From an uncultured Candidatus Saccharibacteria bacterium (GTDB lineage Bacteria; Patescibacteriota; Minisyncoccia; Phycocordibacterales; UBA918), in NCBI GenBank assembly GCA_964350645.1, contig CAYGJY010000002.1, positions 161,538 through 225,537 on the forward strand: a DNA stretch of 64,000 nt, written 5' to 3'. Below the pieces are notes generated by a model. The model was not told the origin of the DNA. It was given only the letters and a program-made list of their open reading frames with translations, and did not search any database. A program made the position numbers and the translations under genes. Below are positions 1 through 7,685 of this stretch, in pieces; positions within the stretch are counted from its first letter, which is position 1; each line of letters begins with the position of its first letter.

Positions 1-1
1 T

Positions 2-1129
2 TTTAATGAAGAAATAAGGTCATCACTTTCAACGTCTCCTTACGCTAAAGTGGAATGGGAAACGGAACGCCTTAATCGCCGCATCGCCGAAGCGCGACTT
101 TTAGCGAGTGAGGGTAAGTTGACTGAAGAAGCAGAAGCTGACGTAGCGGCTGCGGTAAAAGAACACAGTGACGCTGCTCAAAAGGGTATCGCCGAACTTC
201 GCGAAAGCGACCAAGATGAGGCTGCGATTGCTGAGATCGCTTTTGAGTCGGCTCTAATTGTGCAGTCTGAAGTATTAGAAAAAGAACTCGCTAAAGAAGT
301 AGCGGCTAACGTTGGTACTGAAGTTGTCCCGGGTCGATCGGTAGCGATCCTCGCGAGCGCCATTGCTGACGCGCAAGCCAGTGTCACTGAAAACCAAAGT
401 GGAGTAGTGCCATCATACGAAAAACTATCTGTCCGTATCGAGCAAGAAACCACTCGAGCGTATGAATTGTTTGACTCAATCAAGCGCACTGCTTCGGCAG
501 CAGAGGTCAACGATGTAGAACGTCGCCTAGCTGATATCGAACGCAAAATTGTTGAGTCAGCAAGTGTACAGGCGGGTGAGCTAGTGGTTGGAGAGGTTGC
601 CAGCAGTACTCCAGATGAGGTTGTTGTGCCAGCAGAAATCACTATCTTGCGAGGTGCTCTGTCTGACCTGCAGAAACTGATCCGCTTCATGACTGACATT
701 GATGTGCGTACGAGTGTCACGGTAGAAGAGTTGGTGCCGGTCACACTTACCGATGCTGAATTGAAAGATAAGTTTTCAACGGCTCAAGCTGAAGCTGAGC
801 GATTGAAAAAAGTTGTTACGGCTGCTCTTGACGCGGGTGAGGCTGAGGCGGTAGCTGAGAAACTTCAAAATGGTTTGGCTGCTGCCGAAGTAGAAGTAAC
901 CGCTGCCAAGAAAGCAGCGGAGTTGGCTAAACATACTCGAGCGGTGTTGTTGAGTGAAGGGGCACTCGCGCTCTTGAGAGATTTAGAGAGTATGTTGAGC
1001 GATAGGCCTGAGGAAGAAGCACTCGAAGTAGCGCCGGCACTGCCAGTTGAAGTAGTAGCGACAACTTCAAGTTCAACTGCAACATCGACTGAAGTTGAGA
1101 CAGCGGTTGACGTAGAAGCAGAATTCTAA
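2..1129 (+). CDS. DUF5667-like domain protein, 5'-truncated by the window edge
   Basis: Frame is open from base 2 (FNEEIRSSLSTSPYAKVEWETERLNRRIAEA), resembling DUF5667; the rest is acidic and helical. Confidence 0.65.
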   Translation, partial: FNEEIRSSLSTSPYAKVEWETERLNRRIAEARLLASEGKLTEEAEADVAAAVKEHSDAAQKGIAELRESDQDEAAIAEIAFESALIVQSEVLEKELAKEVAANVGTEVVPGRSVAILASAIADAQASVTENQSGVVPSYEKLSVRIEQETTRAYELFDSIKRTASAAEVNDVERRLADIERKIVESASVQAGELVVGEVASSTPDEVVVPAEITILRGALSDLQKLIRFMTDIDVRTSVTVEELVPVTLTDAELKDKFSTAQAEAERLKKVVTAALDAGEAEAVAEKLQNGLAAAEVEVTAAKKAAELAKHTRAVLLSEGALALLRDLESMLSDRPEEEALEVAPALPVEVVATTSSSTATSTEVETAVDVEAEF

Positions 1130-1140
1130 AAATTCTGAAA

Positions 1141-1181
1141 ACAAAAGCCGGGCGGCCCCAACGGGGCCGCCCGGCTTTTGT
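1141..1181. terminator. Bidirectional intrinsic terminator
   Basis: ACAAAAGCCGGGCGGCCCC-aac-GGGGCCGCCCGGCTTTTGT. Confidence 0.85.
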
Positions 1182-1358
1182 TTTCATCCCCTTCACTACA
1201 AAGACACGAAAATAGCCACCAAGTACACAGTGGATACGTCCGTATTTCTGTGATCCTTGGTGGCTTCTATTTTGGCGCTAAATCTCGCGCAAGAACATTG
1301 AGACCGTACTTCTGGTCTCGGGAAGGGGGCGGCTGTCAGGCCGCCCCGGACAGTTTCG

Positions 1359-1565
1359 TCAGGCCGCCCTAGCGGATTTACCTAGATCTACCCCAACAAA
1401 GCGTGCCGCCTCGATCAGGATCGGGTCGTCAGGACTGATCCCGATACGCCCGTCACGACGCTGGAGGCAAACCCTGACCATATGCTCCATATGGCAGGCT
1501 GCCGCTAGGTTAAGTGTTGCAACAAGCGTTGCCGCCCGCCGATCACGACACTCATCTCGCCGCAT
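1359..1565 (-). CDS. Small hypothetical protein (68 aa)
   Basis: ORF starts 2 nt after the stop of 1568-1741 and is followed by a GC hairpin. Confidence 0.4.
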   Translation of the reverse strand: MRRDECRDRRAATLVATLNLAAACHMEHMVRVCLQRRDGRIGISPDDPILIEAARFVGVDLGKSARAA

Positions 1566-1567
1566 GT

Positions 1568-1741
1568 TCAGCCCGAGCCGTTTTCGCCCGGCGTTCGATG
1601 CGTTGGTTCCTCCCCCTGCATCTGAGGTTGAGGCGTCCGGCGCTTGTCCGTCGGTAGCTTTTTTGCCCGAAGGGGGATATTCAGCATTCCTTCGTTTGCG
1701 TGATCGGCTGCTTCTGCAGCGCTCATTCCCGTAAATTTCAT
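1568..1741 (-). CDS. Small hypothetical protein (57 aa, MKFTGMSAAEAADH...)
   Basis: Translated by hand; GGGAG Shine-Dalgarno 6 nt before the ATG. Confidence 0.4.
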   Translation of the reverse strand: MKFTGMSAAEAADHANEGMLNIPLRAKKLPTDKRRTPQPQMQGEEPTHRTPGENGSG

Positions 1742-1878
1742 GTGCGTCTCCCGGTTGGCCGTCTCTTCAGACGACTATTGCTATCGCACCTTTCGATTTA
1801 TTCTCAGGTGCAATTTGGAGTGTACCTTAAAGTTCTTCATAACTCAATAGAAAAAGGTGTTGTCAACAAAGAAACTAA

Positions 1879-1907
1879 TTGACATTTTTTGGTGCCAGGG
1901 CTATATT
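1879..1907 (+). promoter_or_regulatory. Sigma70 promoter for the BCAA leader peptide
   Basis: TTGACA-17 nt-TATATT, with ATG 7 nt downstream. Confidence 0.85.
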
Positions 1908-1914
1908 CAAAGTA

Positions 1915-2028
1915 ATGCAATTCGCAGATACAACAACCGCGCACGTTGATACGGCTGCCCAGTCACGGGCACTCGTCCTCATTCTTGTGATTCTCGCAAC
2001 CTTAGGCGGGCCGGTTATGAGTATCTAA
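1915..2028 (+). CDS. Leaderless Leu/Val/Ile attenuator leader peptide (MQFADTTTAHVDTAAQSRALVLILVILATLGGPVMSI)
   Basis: Eight consecutive BCAA codons at 1972-1995; antiterminator 2005-2018 pairs with 2059-2072. Confidence 0.8.
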   Translation: MQFADTTTAHVDTAAQSRALVLILVILATLGGPVMSI

Positions 2029-2054
2029 GCACTACGCTACGAAAACTCCTGAAG

Positions 2055-2096
2055 AAAAATGACCGGTTTGCCACAAGCGAACCGGTCATTTTTTTT
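2055..2096 (+). terminator. Attenuator terminator
   Basis: ATGACCGGTTTGC-cacaa-GCGAACCGGTCAT followed by a T run. Confidence 0.9.
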
Positions 2097-2248
2097 CCGG
2101 GGATTCAGTCAGAAATGACAGAACGGAAGATAGTTCTTTTACAATCACCTATAACAGTAAGGGTCACAGCCCGTTGCCGGTAGCTAAAGGAAACTTTGGC
2201 TGCCACCACCGGGCTGTGACAGGCACGGTTTGGAAAAGGGAGAAAAAA

Positions 2249-2539
2249 ATGGCTAGGTACAAGAGGCAGAAGCCAAAGCAGCCACATGCAGCTGAAATGG
2301 CTGCTCTGTGTTGTGCAGCAGGATACAAGCCTTGTGAAGTTGCCTCAGTTAGGGCATTGCGCGGGGTTCATGGTTTTGAACTGACTCTTCATAGAGATGA
2401 TGGGGGAATTCATCAGAAACTTGTTGAAGAGCATCGCGTAAAAGGAGCGCTCAACGGACATGGGGATGATCTTTGTAACCACCAAGGTTTCACCGTAAAT
2501 CCGAACGTTTTTGAGTGGACGGCAGAAGTTTCTCACTGA
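2249..2539 (+). CDS. Hypothetical protein (96 aa), first gene after the BCAA attenuator
   Basis: AGGGAG SD before ATG 2249. Confidence 0.65.
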   Translation: MARYKRQKPKQPHAAEMAALCCAAGYKPCEVASVRALRGVHGFELTLHRDDGGIHQKLVEEHRVKGALNGHGDDLCNHQGFTVNPNVFEWTAEVSH

Positions 2540-2604
2540 GCCCATTCTCAGTTTTACAAATCAATGCCCAAATGGGTGGGCACAAATTCATCAGGGAGAT
2601 GAAG

Positions 2605-2910
2605 ATGGACGACAGCAATGACGTACCGGTAGAGGTACGTGCCTATCAAAAGGTGTCGGAATTCGTCAGTCAGAAGCTTGGCGTGATACTGTCAATGCTC
2701 GACATTCGACGGACTGAAGAAGGTCTGAAGGTTTCCGCTTTTGAATTTGGCGGTAAACAGATACGTATGCGTGAAAAGCTCGCGCGTCGGATCATCAACA
2801 TGATCTCAAAGGTTCTGGGCTTTGCCGACGAGCTCATCTCCGGGGTCATTCTCGACCAGACTCTCGAGTCTGTCGAGTGTATCTGCAATAACGGGTCAAC
2901 AGCGACCTGA
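2605..2910 (+). CDS. Hypothetical protein (101 aa)
   Basis: GGGAG SD 6 nt before ATG 2605. Confidence 0.65.
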   Translation: MDDSNDVPVEVRAYQKVSEFVSQKLGVILSMLDIRRTEEGLKVSAFEFGGKQIRMREKLARRIINMISKVLGFADELISGVILDQTLESVECICNNGSTAT

Positions 2911-3140
2911 GGCACGAGCAAACAGGCTTGGGGCGCGGATGAGGAGGTGGCTTTGCAGCCACTTTGACACCGCGCCCCAGTCGCCCAATTTTACTGTTTA
3001 TGTGGTATGTTCTTTAAGATGTCTAAGATTCATCGGTATGAATACTTAGACCTCGATATAAGGAGTTGAGCTTTGATTCGACTGTTTATACCGGGAAAAT
3101 CGTCTCATAGTGAGACGTGCCGGAAATGAGGGAAGAGAGA

Positions 3141-3380
3141 ATGGAGATTAAAGAGTTCGTTGGACACATCGAGGGCTGGCTACCCAACGGTAAAAGCCCG
3201 GAGGCGATCGCCGAAGAAGCCCTGTCGCTGTATTGCCCAACGGAGACTCGTTGGGATCTTGAATTTGATCTCGATGGTATCACCGATGAAGTGGTCGCCT
3301 ATGTCATGGCGACGCGGGTGATGAATCCAAATATCAAGCCTGAGGCGATGCTAAATCGCCTTCTGGACCGGTTCGGATAG
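3141..3380 (+). CDS. Hypothetical protein (79 aa)
   Basis: Purine-rich SD; upstream TG-n-TATGTT -10 near 3003-3011. Confidence 0.65.
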   Translation: MEIKEFVGHIEGWLPNGKSPEAIAEEALSLYCPTETRWDLEFDLDGITDEVVAYVMATRVMNPNIKPEAMLNRLLDRFG

Positions 3381-3391
3381 GGGAGAAAAAG

Positions 3392-3706
3392 ATGAGGGTG
3401 ACGAAAGACTATTTGGATCTGGCCCCCAGACATCCGGAGTGGCCAGCGCGACTGAGGTGGGTGTGTGGACTGTGTGTGGAAGTACCCGCTGATCCACAAG
3501 AGGTGTCTCGTCTAGTGGCACTCCGCGTGGCGAAGCTGTCAGCAGAGCAGGTGTGGCTGATGCTCCGACAACTTGATCGTACACGGGAGCTCGAGCTTTC
3601 GATCGATCGATATGACAAGCAGATGTTGCAGAGGCTTATCATTCGTTCTGTGCTTCACGGAACAGTGTGGACACATATCATCGAGGCGGGCGCCAAGACA
3701 GGCTGA
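3392..3706 (+). CDS. Hypothetical protein (104 aa)
   Basis: GGGGAG SD; starts 11 nt after the previous stop. Confidence 0.6.
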   Translation: MRVTKDYLDLAPRHPEWPARLRWVCGLCVEVPADPQEVSRLVALRVAKLSAEQVWLMLRQLDRTRELELSIDRYDKQMLQRLIIRSVLHGTVWTHIIEAGAKTG

Positions 3707-3784
3707 CTTCGGTCAGCTGCGCCCGCCTCATTCGCACCCCTACAGCCTGTTCCTTTTGTTCTTTCTTTGTATACTTACGAGACG

Positions 3785-4537
3785 ATGAAACCCCAGATTT
3801 TAGCCATTCAATTTCGAGAAAACGTTGACTCTATTGCTGGTGAGCAAAAGAGTATTGTTCGCGAAATTGGCGAGCACGCTGAAGTAACTTTTATCAGCGC
3901 CTTAAATGAAGCCTTGGCGTGGACAGATCCATACGCAATCCTGCAGCACTACCACGGTGTGATCCTCGGTGGTTCTGGTGAGTTTGATTTTGATGGCAAC
4001 CGTAGCGAAGACGATCGCGCCAAGCAGATGTCGCAGGTGTTTTTGGAACGACTACGACCACTCTTTACGTATATCTTTGAGCAGGATATCCCAACCTTAG
4101 GTATTTGCTATGGACACCAGCTTCTAGGTGCGTTTGCCGGCGCGCAGGTGAGTTACGATGTATCACAGAAAAAGACTAGTTCGCATGAACTAAAGCTGAT
4201 GGTAGATAAAAATGATTACTTTCTTTTTTCCGACTTACCGGATTCTTTTGCTGCACATTATGGACATAAAGATGCGCTGCAGCAGATTCCAGAGGGGGCA
4301 GTGCTTCTGATGAACGGCGGCGAGCAGTGCAAGGTGTCAGCCTTAAAGTATAAAAATAATATCTACACAACCCAGTTTCATCCAGAGCTAAACTTTGCCG
4401 ATATGGTGGACCGGATGAAAAACTCACCGGGCTACTTACCAGAGGGGGTGCTGGCACATGAGATTTTTAAAGATGAACCGCACTCCAACACAATCTTACG
4501 GAATTTTGGGAAGTTTGTAGCGCTGCAAGCGAAATAG
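3785..4537 (+). CDS. Class I glutamine amidotransferase (GMP-synthase-like GATase)
   Basis: GICYGHQ and QFHPE motifs give the Cys-His-Glu triad. Confidence 0.9.
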   Translation: MKPQILAIQFRENVDSIAGEQKSIVREIGEHAEVTFISALNEALAWTDPYAILQHYHGVILGGSGEFDFDGNRSEDDRAKQMSQVFLERLRPLFTYIFEQDIPTLGICYGHQLLGAFAGAQVSYDVSQKKTSSHELKLMVDKNDYFLFSDLPDSFAAHYGHKDALQQIPEGAVLLMNGGEQCKVSALKYKNNIYTTQFHPELNFADMVDRMKNSPGYLPEGVLAHEIFKDEPHSNTILRNFGKFVALQAK

Positions 4538-4597
4538 TAACGCCCCCGGCCGTGTAGGTCGGGGGCGTGGTTCGCGAAGGTGCATGGCGCTTCCAGC

Positions 4598-5374
4598 TCA
4601 TTCAAAGTAGAGCTGGTCGCCGGTCTTGATCCCGAGCTTCTCAGCGGCACTTTTACCGTTGAGCACGATCTCGAGAAACTCGTTGCCGAATGGGCCCGAG
4701 CTGCCCGTCACGAGGCCCAGTTTGCCGATAGGCACGTCCGAGAGGCGACGGTAGCGAGGAATTTCTTGATTGCTCACCACCAGTGTCTCGCCTTGAAAGG
4801 ACTGGTCGGTCAGAGTGGTTTTGCAATTGCCGAAGGCATCGACGAAGTAGATGAACTCACCCTGCAACGGACTGATCAGTTCTGGCGTGCTCTTGATCTT
4901 GCTGTGCTCCCAAAGGTAGGCGACCAGGAACGGTAGAACGTGCAGGCTTCGAAACTGTGTCCGGATCGCTCGATGTTGTCGCTCTTCGTTGTCAGGGAAG
5001 AGGGTTGCTGCAATCGCCGGGATGTCGATAACATTCACTGTGTCGCCAAAACCCAAACGGGGAAGCAGTGTCAGTCCAGGGCAGTCGACTGTGCTGACAA
5101 TCAGTGTGCCTTCGTGCTCTAGGTAGCCGAACGGAGAACCGTTGGAGCGTTTTGGAGCGTCTGCATCACCTCTTGGAGCAGCGTTACCAATCACAATCCC
5201 TGGTTCTCCCTCGAGCAAAGCGATGTGAGTGGCTATCGCGCCAGCAGCGGTGAGTTTGTGACTTATCCCCAAAAAGCCAGTTAAGGGAATGCCTGCTCGA
5301 ACGTAGTTGGTGTTCTGGCGAGAACGAGCGTCGCCGTCGCGACAGTCGGTGATAAGGGTTACTGGATGCTTCAT
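4598..5374 (-). CDS. SAM hydroxide adenosyltransferase / chlorinase-fluorinase family protein (DUF62), divergent
   Basis: N-terminal VTLITD; C-terminal YFVDAFGNCKT and GSSG..LEIVLNGKSAAEKLGIKTGD; start MKHPV with SD. Confidence 0.85.
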   Translation of the reverse strand: MKHPVTLITDCRDGDARSRQNTNYVRAGIPLTGFLGISHKLTAAGAIATHIALLEGEPGIVIGNAAPRGDADAPKRSNGSPFGYLEHEGTLIVSTVDCPGLTLLPRLGFGDTVNVIDIPAIAATLFPDNEERQHRAIRTQFRSLHVLPFLVAYLWEHSKIKSTPELISPLQGEFIYFVDAFGNCKTTLTDQSFQGETLVVSNQEIPRYRRLSDVPIGKLGLVTGSSGPFGNEFLEIVLNGKSAAEKLGIKTGDQLYFE

Positions 5375-5420
5375 GTGTCCTGCCTCTCTGTTGGGACATG
5401 GGAATGTAAAGAACGGAGAC

Positions 5421-5446
5421 AAAATAAAAATCCTCAAGCGAGGACT
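5421..5446 (-). terminator. Attenuator terminator upstream of the DUF62 gene
   Basis: Minus strand AGTCCTC-gctt-GAGGATT followed by TTTATTTT. Confidence 0.75.
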
Positions 5447-5472
5447 CTGATTTCGTCTGGTTTTGTTTGTGG

Positions 5473-5544
5473 CTAAACCTCGAAAACTGTCCTCGCAGTT
5501 GAGGACATCATCATCATTTCTGAGATGTTTCGAAACGTAGTCAC
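5473..5544 (-). CDS. Leaderless Met attenuator leader peptide (MTTFRNISEMMMMSSTARTVFEV)
   Basis: GTG start 6 nt after the -10; four ATG codons at 5517-5506; mutually exclusive 1:2, 2:3 and 3:4 pairings. Confidence 0.8.
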   Translation of the reverse strand: MTTFRNISEMMMMSSTARTVFEV

Positions 5545-5550
5545 AAATTA

Positions 5551-5578
5551 AATCTATCAGAATCCACCAAGGCGTCAA
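5551..5578 (-). promoter_or_regulatory. Sigma70 promoter for the Met leader
   Basis: TTGACG-16 nt-TAGATT. Confidence 0.75.
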
Positions 5579-5581
5579 GTC

Positions 5582-5610
5582 TTGGCTATTTTATAAAGAT
5601 TGTGTATACT
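5582..5610 (+). promoter_or_regulatory. Sigma70 promoter for the aromatic leader
   Basis: TTGGCT-17 nt-TATACT, with ATG 7 nt downstream. Confidence 0.75.
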
Positions 5611-5617
5611 TTTTTCA

Positions 5618-5698
5618 ATGCAACTGATACACGCAGCAACATATTTCTGGTTTTGGTTTACCAGCGGGGAAGCCCGGTATGTTTTTGCTGAAGTGTAA
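5618..5698 (+). CDS. Leaderless aromatic attenuator leader peptide (MQLIHAATYFWFWFTSGEARYVFAEV)
   Basis: Six consecutive aromatic codons at 5642-5659; ACCAGCGG 5660-5667 is complementary to terminator arm 5720-5727. Confidence 0.78.
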   Translation: MQLIHAATYFWFWFTSGEARYVFAEV

Positions 5699-5712
5699 GT
5701 AACTCAAAGTAG

Positions 5713-5753
5713 AAAACAGCCGCTGGTTTCCCTGGAAACCAGCGGCTGTTTTT
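5713..5753 (+). terminator. Attenuator terminator
   Basis: AAAACAGCCGCTGGTTTCC / GGAAACCAGCGGCTGTTTT(T). Confidence 0.9.
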
Positions 5754-5867
5754 GTACAATTTGTAGCCGGAGCTTTGCAGTCACAGAGAAGTGACTGCAA
5801 GGCTCCGGACGCAAGTTCGGAATACAACCGCCGCGATGGTCGCGGGAGGGTAAAGAGGGACATATCC

Positions 5868-6179
5868 ATGTACACCGAAAACCAAGTTGCTGAAGCTTTA
5901 AGGACAGCTGGGATGCACGAGCCTTGGGCTAGTTGGATTGCGTCATCGGTTGCCGGACGCATCCCGGAAGGGAGGCTCGGTGACTTTGCACGTGAATACG
6001 CTAAGTCGCGGGACACCGAAGCTGCTTTTGCCGCGGTTGCAGAAGAAGCAATTTCTGCAGAGGAGGCTTCTCAGCCGCTCTTGAGACGGCGATGGAGTCC
6101 GATCAAGGCCACTATCTTATGGTTCAGGGCTCGTCGAGCCAGGTTGCACCGTGAGGCGGTCAAAAGCTTCAACGCATGA
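5868..6179 (+). CDS. Hypothetical protein (103 aa) after the aromatic attenuator
   Basis: GAGGGA SD before MYTENQ; terminator-like hairpin near 6245-6272. Confidence 0.7.
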   Translation: MYTENQVAEALRTAGMHEPWASWIASSVAGRIPEGRLGDFAREYAKSRDTEAAFAAVAEEAISAEEASQPLLRRRWSPIKATILWFRARRARLHREAVKSFNA

Positions 6180-6522
6180 TCTTTAAACTCCTCACACTGG
6201 TGAGGTGCGCGGTCCGGCAATTCGGTCGGGACGCGTGGGAAGCGGGGCGATTCGGAACGAATCGCCTTTTTGTATGTTTAAAATGGGTATTGGAAAAGCC
6301 GCGGGCTGAAGATTTTTCGGAGGAAAAATGCTCAGCCCGCGGCTGTTTCCGCGTCTTTGCAAAGGGGAGCAAGCTCCCAAAAGAACTGTTAGTTCGCCCA
6401 AAATACCTCAGGCGAGCGATCATCTTACACCTGCCATTTAAAAGTGCAAAGCGACTGTCTGTGCACATTGAGTCAGACATCAAAACCTGTTAGGCTCTAG
6501 CTATATTCGTTAAGGTTATTCT

Positions 6523-7632
6523 ATGGATTTTGGACTTTCAGATCGGGTGGCAGGGTATCTGCCAGAGATGGTGTACGCGATGCCGTTCTTAGGCACTATT
6601 GATATTGCTCCCTATGTATTGGCAGCAGTATTGTTTATTGGACTCTCAGTTTTCTTCAAAGTGATTTTAGTGTTGCTGATTGCGCGCTTAAAAGCGCTAT
6701 CTGCTCGGACCACGACAACAATTGATGACACGGTGATTGCTGCACTTGAAGGCGTTCGTACTTGGGTGTATACAGTGATTGCGTTATTTGTGGCGCTGCA
6801 GCCATTTACCTTACCGCACTGGGGAGATATAGGACTGAAAGCAGTATTCTTATTTGCTGTTGTGTGGCAGGGGATTGAGATTGTGGTGAAGTTTATTGAG
6901 TACGCCGTTACACATTTGGTAGAAAAAGATGAGGATGGCGATGGTGTCACTGACCCAAATTCAGCTACTGCGGCCGACATGATTAAATTGCTCGCACGGA
7001 TTGCGCTTTGGGCACTTGGAACACTATTTGTGCTGTCTAATTTAGGGATTGAAGTGACGTCACTCATCGCAGGACTAGGGATTGGGGGGATTGCAATTGC
7101 GTTTGCTCTGCAGGGAATTTTATCAGATTTGTTTGCGTCATTTTCAATTTACTTTGATAAGCCATTTCGGATTGGTGACTATATCACTATCGGAACTGAC
7201 TCAGGGACGGTAGAGAGAATTGGTATCAAATCAACCCGAATTCGAACATTACAGGGAGAAGAGTTGGTGGTAAGTAACGCGGAACTGACTACAGCTCGGG
7301 TAAACAACTTTAAGAAAATGCAGGAACGTCGGATCAGTTTCCAATTTGGGGTAACGTACGAAACGCAGCATGAAAAGGTGAAGCAAATTAACGGCATTGT
7401 TGAACGAATCTTTGAGGCTGTTGAAGGTGGGCGACTCGATCGGGTGCACTTCACCAGCTTTGGTGACTCAGCATTATTGTTTGACGTCGTGTATTACGTT
7501 GAGTCTTCTGACTATGGGGTGTATCTCGATATTCAAGAGCGAGTGAATCACGAAATGATGGAGAAATTTGCTGAAGTAGGGATCGAATTTGCGTATCCAA
7601 CACAGACGGTGTATCACAAGCAGGTGAGTTAG
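6523..7632 (+). CDS. mscS: Small-conductance mechanosensitive channel
   Basis: GLGIGGIAIAFALQ and DKPFRIGD motifs; C-terminal IEFAYPTQ. Confidence 0.95.
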   Translation: MDFGLSDRVAGYLPEMVYAMPFLGTIDIAPYVLAAVLFIGLSVFFKVILVLLIARLKALSARTTTTIDDTVIAALEGVRTWVYTVIALFVALQPFTLPHWGDIGLKAVFLFAVVWQGIEIVVKFIEYAVTHLVEKDEDGDGVTDPNSATAADMIKLLARIALWALGTLFVLSNLGIEVTSLIAGLGIGGIAIAFALQGILSDLFASFSIYFDKPFRIGDYITIGTDSGTVERIGIKSTRIRTLQGEELVVSNAELTTARVNNFKKMQERRISFQFGVTYETQHEKVKQINGIVERIFEAVEGGRLDRVHFTSFGDSALLFDVVYYVESSDYGVYLDIQERVNHEMMEKFAEVGIEFAYPTQTVYHKQVS

Positions 7633-7685
7633 GCGGAAAGGCAAAAAGCCGGCGGGCCGTAGGTCCGCCGGCTTTTTGTCTGCAC

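Noticed and set aside
1781-1840. 19-codon basic ORF MKNFKVHSKLHLRINRKVR as a fourth attenuator leader
   Set aside because: No tandem control codons, no U-tailed terminator and no well-placed -10.
3019-3069. Leaderless 16-codon ORF MSKIHRYEYLDLDIRS
   Set aside because: No codon run or terminator; better explained as a 5' hairpin (GTCTAAG/CTTAGAC).
1200-3710. Prophage remnant among the small orphan ORFs
   Set aside because: No integrase, structural or replication genes are recognisable.
5375-5578. 68-aa N-terminal extension of the DUF62 ORF in the ORF track
   Set aside because: Its TTG start is the -35 box, and the region holds the promoter, Met leader and terminator; family similarity begins at MKHPVTLITD.
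6176-6493. 105-aa ORF overlapping the previous stop (ATGA)
   Set aside because: It runs through a terminator and long palindromes, and its composition is not protein-like.
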